Under the pieces are notes generated by a model. That model searched no databases. It saw only the letters and a list, made by a program, of their open reading frames with translations, and was not told the DNA's origin. The translations under genes and the position numbers were made by a program. A stretch of 63,214 nucleotides of DNA, the filler included, from Octopus bimaculoides (lineage: Eukaryota): the NCBI RefSeq assembly GCF_001194135.2. It is 8 parts of 8 records of this genome, joined end to end, with 100 filler letters (N's around TTAATTAATTAA, not from the genome) between each part and the next. Parts side by side here need not be neighbours in the genome. Positions count along the whole stretch, not along the records: positions 11,791 to 24,874 come from NC_068985.1; positions 24,975 to 27,827 come from NW_026417795.1; positions 27,928 to 45,196 come from NC_068992.1; 5 more parts are not named here. One strand, written 5' to 3'. Below, one piece after another: positions 24,312 through 37,300 of this stretch (its first letter is position 1; each line of letters opens with the position of its first letter).

Positions 24312-24874
24312 AGACTATAGATGATTTAATTATAACAGTTATTATAGTCCATTGTTTGTATTATCGTGCATTGTTGTCATTCAAAATATTTTATTCTTTA
24401 GAATATAACAAATAAAGATGGTGGGTCTTTGAGCCTGAAATATATAAAGGTTATTTAACCTTTTCCTGTGAGCAGCGTAAGAAGCCCTCCGACTTCACTA
24501 TTTGGTAATTTTGCTTTTTTATCACAATGGTTCAAACGAACCCCAACACTCTTAATAACAAAGCCTTTGTAATAAAACTGAGTCAAGGATCGGACAGATT
24601 GGGCTCGCGGGCCGAGCGTTTGAAACTGTAAGATGAGAAATCAAAAACGCAAAATACGAAGAATTTGCTGAGCCGAAGACTTTGCATATGTGCTCGAATC
24701 TATGTTTGCAAGTTTAAAAATATAAATTAAGATTAACTGGAGGGAAATGAGAGGGTAGAAAACTAGAATATTTTCTTGTTATGCCGAAAATAGCTTTTAT
24801 GGGAAAAGCGATTCGCAAAAGCTCAATAATAGTGAAGAGAATCAGATTTATAAATGTTATATATATATATATAT

Positions 24875-24974
24875 NNNNNNNNNNNNNNNNNNNNNNNNNN
24901 NNNNNNNNNNNNNNNNNNTTAATTAATTAANNNNNNNNNNNNNNNNNNNNNNNNNNNNNNNNNNNNNNNNNNNN
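24875..24974. other. Artificial scaffold-joining spacer
   Basis: 44N-TTAATTAATTAA(24919-24930)-44N. Confidence 0.95.
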
Positions 24975-25224
24975 ACATACATACATACATACATACATAC
25001 ATACGTACATACACATTAATCTTTACAAGTTTTGCAGTTTCGGTTTGCTCACCGCCATGAGACACCAGATAGTCTCGTGACGTGGAGTAACCCGAAACTT
25101 CGAAGTTACTTTCAATCTTTTCCATGTAAAAATTAATAAATATGTATTCTCCAAAAAAGTATTGAGTCATCCTTCATTTTAATTTCATGTGTTTTTTCTT
25201 TAATAACTTTGGAAAAAGACATTT

Positions 25225-25263
<39 letters not shown>

Positions 25264-26617
25264 TGTGTGTGTCTGTGTCTGTGTATGTGCATGTGTGCGC
25301 GCGTGTGTGTGGGTTCGTATATTTGTGTGTCTGTGTGTGCGTGCGTGTGTGTGTTTGTCTGTGTGTGTATGTGCGTGAGTGGTGTGTGTGCGTGTGTGCG
25401 TGTATGTGTGTGTGTGTATGTGTGTGTGTGTGTGTACAACCTAACATATGTTTATTGGTCATCTATTTACAAGATCCCTCTTTTAAAATAAAATTTTGAT
25501 CTACGAGAAAATTTCGCATGTATATGTCACTATCGTTTTTTTTGTTTTAGCTGAGACCTAGTTAGCTAAGCGTGCTAAAAGGTGTTTTTAGTTATATTGT
25601 TTATATTCAATAACTGTCAAGCGGGGCTTCACCTCACATACCTCTGAGAATTTGTAAAGATAACTAGTTATATTCTTATTAGGTTCAGTTGAATATAATC
25701 GTATGTACAGATGCATGTATTTGTAAATTCATATTTACAATTTTGCGTGGAGAGATAGGCTTCACCAGGCTTAAATGCTGAAAACACACTATAAGCACCC
25801 CTATGATAGTATTCATAATCTGAAATTCTTCTTTAACCCTATGTACTTACGAATATTCAAAAGAGGCAGTTGTATGTCTACATTTGAAAACTATATACTA
25901 TAACTAAACTATTTTAATCAAATAGCTTTGTAAAGAAAGCATACTGATACTAGATTATTTACTGCTGATTGTTTTATGATAATGAAACTAATAATGATTA
26001 TGATGTGGTTGATAATTATGATAAGGATGATGACGATGGCGATAATAATAAATTTCAGTGGTTGATGATTATATGGTTTTTGTTAAAACTATAGCACACG
26101 TTTTATTTCGAGTATATAATGAGCATGAGAATAAAAATTGAAATGAGTATTTCCTTTTTCAAATTTTTTAATCTTTTTTCCCAAATCCTTAAAACTTTGA
26201 TGTATATTATGTTATAAATCAATGTATTTTCCAATGTCACCCGCACAGTTGAGCAGAGTCATAGTCCCAAATTAGTTTCAATAACGCAGTTGGAACCTGT
26301 TCCTTAAGGTTCAGTCCCTGATGTGGAAAAAGTCAGACAATATGTTTCACCTATTTTAAAAAGTAAATTACTGTAAAGAAATAATATTTCTTGTTTTCTA
26401 CAAAATATTTCATAAGCATGGGACAACAAATGAATGGATTCGAAGTTTGATGACGTTCAAAGCCTTTTCAATGATATTACCTGCATAAACGAACTGAGGT
26501 GGCTAAAACGTGGAATCAGCCAATAAAATTGGTTGACCAAGAGTTTATCCTTTTTCTTGACGTCTTACTCTTCATAGATAATATCGCAAGGCTCTATAAT
26601 GTGAACATTTACACTTA

Positions 26618-26779
<162 letters not shown>

Positions 26780-26783
26780 GATA

Positions 26784-27240
26784 AGACGGCGAGGTGGCAG
26801 ATTCGTTAGCACGACGGGCGAAATGCTTAGCGTTATTTTGTCTCCGCTACATTCTGAGTTCAAATTCCGCCAAGGTCGACTTTACCTTCCATCTTTTCGG
26901 GGTCGATAAATTAAGTACTAGTTGAGTACTAGGGTCGATGTAATCGACTAGTCCCCTCCCCCGATTTCAAGCCTTGTGCCGATAGTAGAAAAGATTATTA
27001 TTATTATCATTATTATTATTGATAAGGCAGCGAGCTGGCAGAATCGTTAGCACACCGGGCAAAATGCTTAGCGGTATTTCGTCTGCCGCTACGTTCTGAA
27101 TTCAAATTCCGTCGAGGTCGACTTTGCCTTTTATCCTTTCGATGTCGATAAATTAGGTACCAGTGAAACACTGGGATCAATGTAATCGACTAGCTCCCTC
27201 CCCCGATTTCAGGCCTTGTGCCTTTAGTAGAAAGGATTAT
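26784..27240 (+). mobile_element. Two head-to-tail SINE family A copies
   Basis: Heads at ~26784 and ~27024, each with an (ATT)n tail. Confidence 0.9.
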
Positions 27241-27827
27241 TGTTATTATTGATAAAAAGTAAACACGCAAGCTAAATCATATAAAAAATAAAAGCAAATT
27301 GTAAAGTTTTCATTTACTTCCAAGTTTATTGATCAAATTCATGGTGAGATATAATTGATGTTAGGTATCACATGGTGGTACATCGCAAAATATATTTTCA
27401 CGTTAACACTAATAATGCTGTTACTAATAATAGTTTTAAAGTAATTAAGTCGATTTCATTGATTCCAGTAGCAGGCCTCAACAAAATTTGGACTCAGAAC
27501 GCAAAGGAATATTACCTATGCTGTAAGGTAGTTATTTCGATACTTGACCGTTTCTACTTTAAGAAAATTATTGTATTAAGTAAACTTGTACCATCAGCTA
27601 CGTAATTAAATCACTCAATTTCTGACAGAGAAATGTGGTTGTGTACCAACAATTTTTTTCCATTCTTGATGAAGCACGTGAAGTGGAGATGATTACAAGT
27701 AACTGAAACAAACTCAAGGACTTAATATACCACAATTTTAATACATGACATATGTTCAGCTTCTTTTTCATAAGACATTAAAACATTATATAGGAAAGAA
27801 CACAAGAAAATGGAAATTTGCGGCATT

Positions 27828-27927
27828 NNNNNNNNNNNNNNNNNNNNNNNNNNNNNNNNNNNNNNNNNNNNTTAATTAATTAANNNNNNNNNNNNNNNNN
27901 NNNNNNNNNNNNNNNNNNNNNNNNNNN
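27828..27927. other. Artificial scaffold-joining spacer
   Basis: 44N-TTAATTAATTAA(27872-27883)-44N. Confidence 0.95.
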
Positions 27928-28137
27928 GTGGCCGTTTTCGTGCGGGTGACACGTAAAAGCACCCACTACACTCTCGGAGTGGTTGGCGTTAGGAAGGGCA
28001 TCCAGCTGTAGAAACTCTGCCAAATTAGATTGGAGCCTGGTGTTGCCATCCGGTTTCACCAGTCCTCAGTCAAATCGTCCAACCCATGCTAGCATGGAAA
28101 GCGGACGTTAAACAATGATGATCATGATGATGATGAT
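27928..28137 (+). mobile_element. Young short retroposon with RTE-like 3' tail ending in (GAT)n
   Basis: ggcgttaggaagggcatccagctgtagaaac...atgctagcatggaaagcggacgttaaac(gat)n; near-identical inverted copies at 29495 and 36383. Confidence 0.8.
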
Positions 28138-29266
28138 ACATACATTGTGTGTGTATTTTTCACCAATGTATATCAACAAGGAAGACAGAAAAAACAAAAC
28201 TGGCAAGAAAACAGGTGCTTTTCTAAGAATGCCCCTTGTGATATTTGTTCTATACTTAGTTACAAATACTCCTTTCTCAAATTCACTATAAGAAATACAT
28301 TGAGCCAGTGACTGGCTCATTGAAAACCTGCTAGCATTGAAGTATTGTTCATAAATTTCAATATAATAGTAAAATGTACCAACTTACATAATTTTAGTGT
28401 GCAGGGTTAATAACAGCTCATACATTTGTATATCTCACCGCTCTGACTGTATTTTATGAGGTTTCCATGAAAAATGTATCATTAGTTGCTCTTTTTATCA
28501 GATGCCTGAAGGGAAAAGGACAGATTTATTTATCCTGCACACCAACTTTAGAACAGTTATCTTGTCATATCTAGAAATTTCTTTCCCTGATATTACTTCA
28601 AATCAATAAGAAAGGAATAAGTTATTTATTATAAATCATTATGCATAAGTTGCTTTCACAGATGACTCCAAACCTTCTTTATCTTATATCATATTGAACC
28701 ACAGAGAATAAAATGTTAAAATCTATGTTTAGCTTGTGCTCTGGCATTTGTCGACTTTTTAGACTTCAAACCTCCTCCGTAAATTATGGTTCAAGCAACT
28801 AAGATTTTTAATAATTTGGAAAATTCCATCTTCTTCAGAGGTTTTATTTCAGATTAAATATTAGACTAAAAGCATTGACAAAAGATTGACAAATCCAAAA
28901 TAACAGGAGCATAAAGAAAAAGAAAAACATGACAACGAATGAAAGTGTATGTAACTAAAAGTGGAATGCGTGAGGACAAAACACTAGTAAGGAGACGTTT
29001 GTTTCATTTAAGCAAAAACTTTATTGAATATTTTATGAAATTTGTTGGAAATAGCATGATAGATTTTTCATAACCTTTGCCGATGAAAAAAAGGTGCTTA
29101 GAAGTTAAATTTATGTAAATTGTCGGTTTAGAGATTGAGAAATATTTGTGAAACTTGAATTATATAAGGAATATTTCCATTGTAAATCTAAGAATAAGTT
29201 TATGTAATTGTGAGACTAATATCATATGCTTCAAAATGAAACATTAATTGAGTACAGAGCAGTAAT

Positions 29267-29450
29267 AAGAAAATGAAATGACAAGGGAATAAACAATTAT
29301 CTCATTTACTTCATTGGCTTACAGTTGTTTCTGCTATGAGATGCAGTGGACTCATAGTTGAGTGCCTGAGTAACACCTCATAGCAAAAACAGCTGTTAGC
29401 TAATGAAGTTCATAAGATGATCATTTATTCCTTTGTCACCTCATTTTCTT
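29267..29450. repeat. Foldback with ~77-bp arms made of hammerhead 3' halves
   Basis: 29267-29343 vs 29374-29450 are about 80% complementary. The arms carry GAAACAACTGTA-agcc (minus strand) and AAAACAGCTGTT-agct (plus strand). Confidence 0.85.
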
Positions 29451-29463
29451 GATGATGATGATG

Positions 29464-29494
<31 letters not shown>

Positions 29495-29495
<1 letters not shown>

Positions 29496-29678
29496 CATCA
29501 TCATCATCATCGTTTAACGTCCGCTTTCTATGCTAGCATGGGTTGGACGATTTGACTGAGGACTGGTGAAACCAGATGGCAACACCAGGCTCCAATCTAA
29601 ATTTGGCAGAGTTTCTACAGATGGATGCCCTTCCTAACGCCAACCACTCCGAGAGTGTAGTGGGTGCTTTTACATGTC
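29495..29678 (-). mobile_element. Young RTE-tailed retroposon copy
   Basis: Reverse complement of 27928-28137. Confidence 0.85.
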
Positions 29679-29919
29679 ATATAAGTCAGGTCACTCTCGG
29701 GTGCTATTAGTCGCTCTTGTTCGCTACTAAAAACATGTAACCCAGTACAACCTGTTACATGGTCAGGTCGTTGGCAACTAAACTGGCAACTCCACCAAGC
29801 TTCCTTGGTGAGGAGGGTGATAGTTGGACACTCTGCAGGACGAAAAATAAAACCTGTCATAAAGAACAGGGGAACTCATGAGTATTCAACAGCCATCCAA
29901 CTGTGTGTGTGCGCGCAAG

Positions 29920-31075
29920 TCATTTACCAATGTTTAAGATGCAACTCTGCATAAGCTGCATCCTCATCTTACAGGAGTATTTTGTATGAAAAATATAAAA
30001 AGAAACAGTTTTAGTATCCAACATTCCATGAAAATTATTTTAAAGTGGTTTTGAAGGGTTAGCATGTGATTTTGTGCAAAAAAATACAATGTAAACAGGA
30101 ATCAATTATAAAATGATATGTTGTAACATTATACTAACCTTGAAAAGAAAAGAGATTTAATTTACAATAGCTGAAAAGAAATACTTTACTTTAGTATCAG
30201 TGAATAATTTGTACATGCAGACAAAGCAAATATATCAGTAAAATCTAGTACAAAGCAAGTAGCAGAGTACAATAAATGTGAATGAATTCCAAGAGACACA
30301 GTATATGTGAAAGCAAGTCTTTCATTAATATCAGTAGACAGTAAGCAACAGGAAAACATCGAATCCATTCTGGTATTTCAGTGAATAGCGTAAGATATGT
30401 AACAACATTTAGAGCACAATAAATATAAAACAAAACAAAAAAAAAAGTTTCATGAAATGGAAGTTTATTTAATTAATCACCTGAAAAATCTCGGAAATCA
30501 TCATCTTCAGAACTAGGTAAGCCAGCTTTGAGAAAGCTTGAAAGCTCGTTCTCACTGCTTGATGTCAAAGATACTCCCTTCATAACAGGAATGTTCTACA
30601 ATTAGGATTTGTGTCAACAATATCTTCTTCAAATAATAAACCACCTCATCTCCATTAATGGCATTACTAACTCTACATCTTTTTAATGATTTCACAATTT
30701 CCTCATCTTTTACTTCATTCTATGAACTTGTTACCTGTTCACACATCTCTAAGTAAAGATCTTCCTTCTCCTTGTCAGTGTCTCTTCAAAACCTGAAACC
30801 TAAATCCAAGTCTTTCATTCTTACCACATGAATTCTTTAAATGGTTCATTGATAAAGACATCTAGAGGCTGAAAGTGACTGGTTAGAGTTAGTCTACCTG
30901 GTATTACAGTTGAAGTTTTAGTTGCCAACTTTCTTTTTAACAAACTGAGATCTGTAAACTCAAAAAGCTAGTTATTTTAATGGCTCACAAGGAAACTTGG
31001 ACCACATTTTATCCACAATTTCATTCCTCCCAGTTTTTCTTTAGGTAATGTTTTTCTTCAGCAAGATTCTTTATT
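29920..31075 (-). mobile_element. Degenerate pogo/Tigger-family DNA transposon (DDE domain and possible 3' terminus)
   Basis: Minus-strand VIPGRLTLTSHFQPLDVFINEPFKEFM (pogo IPGG.TS.LQPLDV..N.PFK) and EVKDEEIVKSLKRCRVSNAINGDE; decayed gcatctta/gcagctta terminal motifs at ~29930-29960. Confidence 0.8.
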
Positions 31076-31305
31076 TCACGTTGCTCCTGTTCACTCGGCT
31101 GTAGAAATGAGTCGCAACATCACAGGTGCCAAGCTGTATCGGCCCCTTTGCCTTTCCCTTGGGTAACACTACTGGTGTGGAGAGGGGAGGGCGGTATGCA
31201 TGGGCAACTGTTGGCCTTCCATAAACAACGTTGCCCAGACTTATGCATGGCAGGGTAACTTTCTAGGTGCAATCCCATGGTCATATCTGACTGAAGGGGG
31301 TCTCA
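31070..31305 (+). mobile_element. CORE-type SINE, third family (related copies 57235-57570 and partial 15905-16020)
   Basis: Shared ctttatttcacgttgctc...ggtgccaagctgtatcggcc...ggtatgcatgggc. Confidence 0.7.
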
Positions 31306-31377
<72 letters not shown>

Positions 31378-32104
31378 ATATATAATAAGGAGAGAGAGAG
31401 GGGGGGTGTCAAAAATGATTTCTACCTTTACATACAACTTCCTCATATTACTAAATGCTTGGTAATGAGAAATATGAGACTGTCTTCTCTTGACCTGGTA
31501 TAGATTCCTTCACTTTATGGCAGGAAATAAATTCTTTTCTACAAGTCTCCATGCTACTTTTAATTTTTGTTCTGCAACAGAGACCCATCTTTTCAGGCAG
31601 ATTAAAACAAGTATTGGAATTTTCACATGCAGTTCACTGCAATGCTTCATTTATGATATTGTTTCCTTTGTAATGTACTTGTGTGATAAACTATCTCATT
31701 TCATATCTTGTTAAAATTCAGAGACAAATGTAAGCTATCGGTAATGTAATTAAGATATAGATTAATAAATACAATGCAGAAACTAATATCGTAATGTGAT
31801 TTGCAGTATTATAAACTCACTCATGCACATATGCATGCACACACACACACACATACACACACATGTTCTTTACATTGTTTTAGCCATTTTGGCTAAAACC
31901 ATGCTGGAACACGATATTAATGCTTCAGCATCATATTCACCTGTATATATGACTGTCTTGTGTTCTTGTACATGTGTGTTCATTATATTGAAACTCATTC
32001 ACGAGTATCATGTTACGGTATTAGTTTCTGCATAATATTACTTATATCTTAATTGTATGACCTAATATCTTATGCAACTTTAGTTTTCAAATATTCATTA
32101 TTTA

Positions 32105-32175
<71 letters not shown>

Positions 32176-35100
32176 CTTCATTTTATCAGATGATTGCCAT
32201 CTCACATTCAGCTTGATTGTTCTGACTTACTTTCATCGTTGCATGTGCATGAATGACTTTTCAGGCCAGCCAATGACTTACATAGTATTGCAAACAGTGA
32301 AGTCTGTACATGTTGCTACACATCCATCACTGTAAGACTTTTATGAAATACCATACGGATCAAGAAATGAATTGATAGTAAGACATCTGTACATTGCTAG
32401 AGTTAAGAGACAAAAGCTTGTACAACATCATTGCCACTTTCTCGCTCACTATAGTAGGCTGCAGCGACAATCATTGCAAGATTACTGGTACTATTTTGAC
32501 TGCTAATTTTATGTTAGAATATCTTTCTCCTGAAAGAGCTGCCTTCCCTACAGACTTGTCAACAATAACCAGAGTTTCTTCTACACTTGGGAAATCTATT
32601 TAACTCAAAATTTCGAACAGAATTGAAGTGGGTCAGATTTTTGTAGAGTGAAGGGTACACAAGAATGAGAATATACAAATATGTATAAAAAAAAAAGGTC
32701 AAGAGATGTAGAAGTGATTAAATGATAAAATATAAGAAAATTGGTAATAGGTTGCCTCTGCTGTATAATCAGTAAGAGAATTCATAGAAGAATTTGATAA
32801 ATTTGGTTGCCAAGAGGAGTGAAGAATTAGACATATCAGTCTCGCATTCCTCACCTGAGAATAGGGAGAAAAAAAGAAGAAAAAGTAATGCCATGGTTCC
32901 ACTAAGAGATTTATGGGTTCTGAGATTAAAAACCATTTCATTAAATTCTAAGAATTTTTTATTTTTTTATTTCACAGATTTTTATAGTAATGTGAAGTAT
33001 AGAATAATAATTGAATTATTTTGTTTCATTTCATGCTCCATTTGTTTTATGGAGAGTAAATATCATATTCTTTGTTTCTTTTAGTCTTTTACTGGTTTCA
33101 ACCACTGCACAGTGTCCATGAAAGGACAATGGGTCAAAGTTTAATTAATTATATTAACACCAGCATACATATTTTATCTACTATAGAAGGAGTGGCAAAT
33201 TCTACCTGTGCATATAGGGACATAACCAAATCACAAAAGGGCGTGACCATATATCACCATACTTTTCTCAGCACACTACTACTTCTGCCATTCCACTTAG
33301 TGAGAGTAAGAAAAATTGTTCTCAAATGAAGTGACAGCCCAAAATGTCAGATTCCCTTTCTTCCCTTGTCATAAAACATAACTGTATAATTTTTAAACCC
33401 ACCTTTATGCTAATTGTTGCAGTTATCACAAAGGAGATAAGCATTTCTTCATAATATTTGGTAGGATTAGAAATTTGAACTTGACTTAAGGCTAAAGGAA
33501 AAGTTGCATAAAATTCACATATCTATATTTTTTTTTTTTTGCTTACTTATAACAAAGTTCATAAAATGTATTGTTGGCAGTAACTATGTAACTATTTCAT
33601 TCAATTTAGAAGCCATCAGCATGATATAACCATTGACTTATTTATTAAACATTTCATGAAGTCTGATATTTCATTAATGAAAGAAATGATTATGGTCTGG
33701 AACTGGCACAGAAACACAGACTATCACCAGTTTTTCCACATAGTTGAACTCAGTATTGAACTCATAACATTGAGTCATAGAAGTCTAGAAGCTTAAAATA
33801 TTCCACTGTTTTACTGTTTATATCAAATTTCATAAGCCTCATACATTATTAATTAATTTAATTTACTTTGAGAGGGTTCTTTTTGTCTTGTTTTTGGGTA
33901 AATGTTCCTTGTTATATAGCATTTATTAATCATCTGTTGAGCATAAAAGTAGATGTCATGTTAATTTTTGCAAATTTGAAATAAACTTAGAATAATTTTC
34001 TGCATATCATTAAATGTATGTCGATGTGTATGCAAGTAGATGTGTATATGTGTCTATATTTGTGCATATTTATGTATACATGTGTACTATATATGTGTGT
34101 GTGTGTATACACATACATACATATATATAGAGAGAGAGCAGGAAGGAGAGATACACAGAGATGCATATGGGTGTGTGTACATATACACATACACTCATAT
34201 GTATACACACACACACTCTCATTCATTCTGTGTGTGTGTCTATGTTGATAGGGAAAATATTCACCCTATGATCAAATCCTTTGTATGAAATCAATATCTT
34301 GTCAGAAATTAATATATATCCTACAGCTCTAGTATTCAAATATATTCACAATTGAATTTTAATGATGAAATTCAAGTATTATTACATAAACAAATATTAG
34401 GCACTCTTTGAACTGAATAGTAATTTCATGGCATTATAATATATTAAATTACATATTCCTGATTAGTTGTTAATTTTCTGTAATTCTGAGATTTCTAACT
34501 TTATTAACCAAATTACATCTGCAACATTTGTCTTCACTATCAGCACAATCACAACCTCCATTGAGATATTTTTATTATTATTATTATTATTGAACCACAA
34601 CTCAGACAGATTTGTAAAAAGAAATTTCATCATTGCTCACATACAGCATATATAGTTAGAGATATACATTTTACATAACAAATTCCTATTAAATTATGGC
34701 TGTACATATATAACTATGGTGAAGCTCTGGTAATTTGTACAACAAAACATATATGTTAGCCAATGCAGGATTGAATTTTTATATCAGAAAATAAGAAACG
34801 TTGTTGCAAGCAAAATTTATCCTGCATTCAAATTTGAAACTCTCTCTAGAAGTCATATGAAAAAAATGGTTTAAACCTTAAAACCAAAACAGCAATTTAA
34901 TAGAAATTTCATAGCTGTGAATTTTTAAAATTAATTACTTTCATTTAATCATATTCATTATTTTTCTCAGCACAGACGAACCCCCACAGCTTCTTACTCA
35001 TTTTGCAATTTAATCATGTTACTAAAAATGTTCTTATTTGATCACTTAATCTACAGGAAGTTGTAGCTGTATCTCCTTCAAATCGCAATTTACATCATTT

Positions 35101-35292
35101 TTGAAAAGATAGGTGATGCATTGAATAGCTTCATCCTGGATATGCAGTCTCAGTAAAATAATAGGTTAAGTTCTATCAAATATTACTTGGGGCTATACAA
35201 CAGCAATAAGAAGGGTATGTATAACATTCAGGCATACATAAATAACACATGGAATATATATATGTGTGTGTGTGTGTGTAAATAAATATGTG

Positions 35293-35339
<47 letters not shown>

Positions 35340-36382
35340 GGAGTTAGCGATTATAGTGACTGACTACGCAAAGGAGGTTGGTGCAAAAAGTGGAATAAAA
35401 AGAAAGAAAACAAATGTAAGAAAACAAGCTCTTCATCCTCTTTGACTGTAGATACCATAATTAATGTAGCTGGCACAGAATAATATAAGAGAAAGGATGC
35501 TAGAATGGTGTCCTCTAGTTCAACAAAAGAAGCCTGTCCATGTGCTTGCATTTGCTAAAACTTTTGGATTTGGAATTAAGTAGTGTGGTGGAATTCTTGG
35601 ACCTACAAAGATTGTGTGATCTTTCAGCTATGTATATTTCAAATTCTAACTTAAAAATAAAATAAAATTAACAATTCTCTTTTCTCCCTTGTGAAATTGA
35701 AGTTTTTGATTTCACCATTAAAAGTAGCACATTTCTCTAGTTTAGTAGTAGTAATATGACTATTCAGTCAGTGAAGGCATTTGGTTTGTTTCCCTGGAGT
35801 GACTTTGTCCACTTTTTCCCATGTCGGAGATTGTTAACTCATATAATCTAGGCTATTATCTATAGTTGCATTTAGGGTGGCAACTTGGTAGAATCATTAA
35901 GGGCATCAGACAAAACCTTAGCAGCATTTCTTCTGACTCTTTATGTTCTGAGTTCATATTCCAAGGTCATCTTTGCCTTTTATCCTTTCGGAGTTGATAA
36001 AATAAGCACCAGTCAAATATCAGGCTTGAAGTAATCCACTTGTTCCCTTCCCCTCAAAATTTTATGCCAAAATTATCAAGAATTATTTCTAGCTACATTT
36101 GCCTTTGAGTAACTTTGAAAAATATTTCTTTGAATTTTACAATTATTCAAAATACAAGTATTGTGCTCAATTTGTTCCTCTAAAACTTTCAAGGTGATGC
36201 TCCAGCATTGCCAAGTCCAATGACTGAAACAAATAAAAGGTGAAGATATTGAGTCTCCTACCCATCCCTTAACTTTCAAAAGTATTTGTGGACCACTCAT
36301 TTATTTCTTCAACTGTAACTGTACAGGTCAGAAGGTACTCCTTTTATTTGTCTCTTTAAAACTTCATCAAGTCTTTTATATA

Positions 36383-36607
36383 TCATCATCATCATCATCA
36401 TCGTTTAACGTCCGCTTTCCATGCTAGCATGCGTTGGACGATTTGACTGAGGACTAGTGAAACCGGATGGCAACACCAGGCTCCAATCTAATTTGGCAGA
36501 GTTTCTACAGCTGGATGCCCTTCCTAACGCCAACCACTCAGAGAGTGTAGTGGGTGCTTTTACGTGTCACCCGCATGAAAACGGCCACGCTCGAAATGGT
36601 GTCTTTT
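36383..36607 (-). mobile_element. Young RTE-tailed retroposon copy
   Basis: Reverse complement of 27928-28137 with few differences. Confidence 0.85.
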
Positions 36608-37209
36608 ATATATATATATATAGATAGATACAGTAATCTTTGATATAATACAGTAAGACCACAGGGTAATGTTATTAGGAAGGTAACAGGGGAGGGTGAA
36701 ACACTAACTGAATAAATTAAGAGAAGTTAACAAACAAGACAAGACTAAGTGAAAAAGTGAAACATCTTCTGTTTTTTTCCTAAAAGATTTCAAGAAAATC
36801 TTAAAGAATTCCACCAAGGTCAACTAAAAAGATTGTCGCCTTTTCACCTTTTTTGTCTTGCTTTTAGCTTTTTTTTAAAACTTTTTTTAACTTCTCTTAA
36901 TTTATTCAGTTACAGTGTTTCAGCCACAGCCTTTATCTTCCTAATCTCCCCTACTAAGCGCGTTACCTTGTTGTCTTACTATTCTATTCCATAACCATGT
37001 TGCCTAAGATACACCAGCAGAGGAATCTTTAAATTTAATGAAGATATGAGCAGCTATTAAATAATGTATTTTTGATTTTAAATACAGATTTTTCAAAATT
37101 AATCTATGCTCCAGAATTCAATAAACATACAAGCTTAATTATTTCCTTTTGATCATGCCCTGTTAATATAATTTATATGTTGTTGGGTTTTTTTAGTTAA
37201 ATATAAAGA

Positions 37210-37300
37210 TACGTATCTCACTTGGCTTGCCGGGTCTTCTCACGCACAGCACATTTCCAAAGGTCTCGGTCAGTAGTCATCGCCTCGGTGAGGCCCATAA
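37210..37300 (-). mobile_element. C-terminal fragment of an RTE-like LINE ORF
   Basis: MGLTEAMTTDRDLWKCAVREKTRQAK* fits the RTE ...DR..W terminal motif. Confidence 0.5.

Larger units (their letters stand above)
24129..24400. repeat. Near-perfect foldback: ~131-bp arms, 12-bp spacer, each arm carrying a minimal hammerhead
   Basis: 24129-24259 vs 24272-24400 differ by 5 substitutions and one 2-nt indel; the inner 47 bp are perfect. Confidence 0.97.

Noticed and set aside
32190-32600. Possible RTE C-terminal zinc finger (LCKSLAGLKSHSCTC, minus strand)
   Set aside because: A single short motif with no supporting upstream RT sequence.
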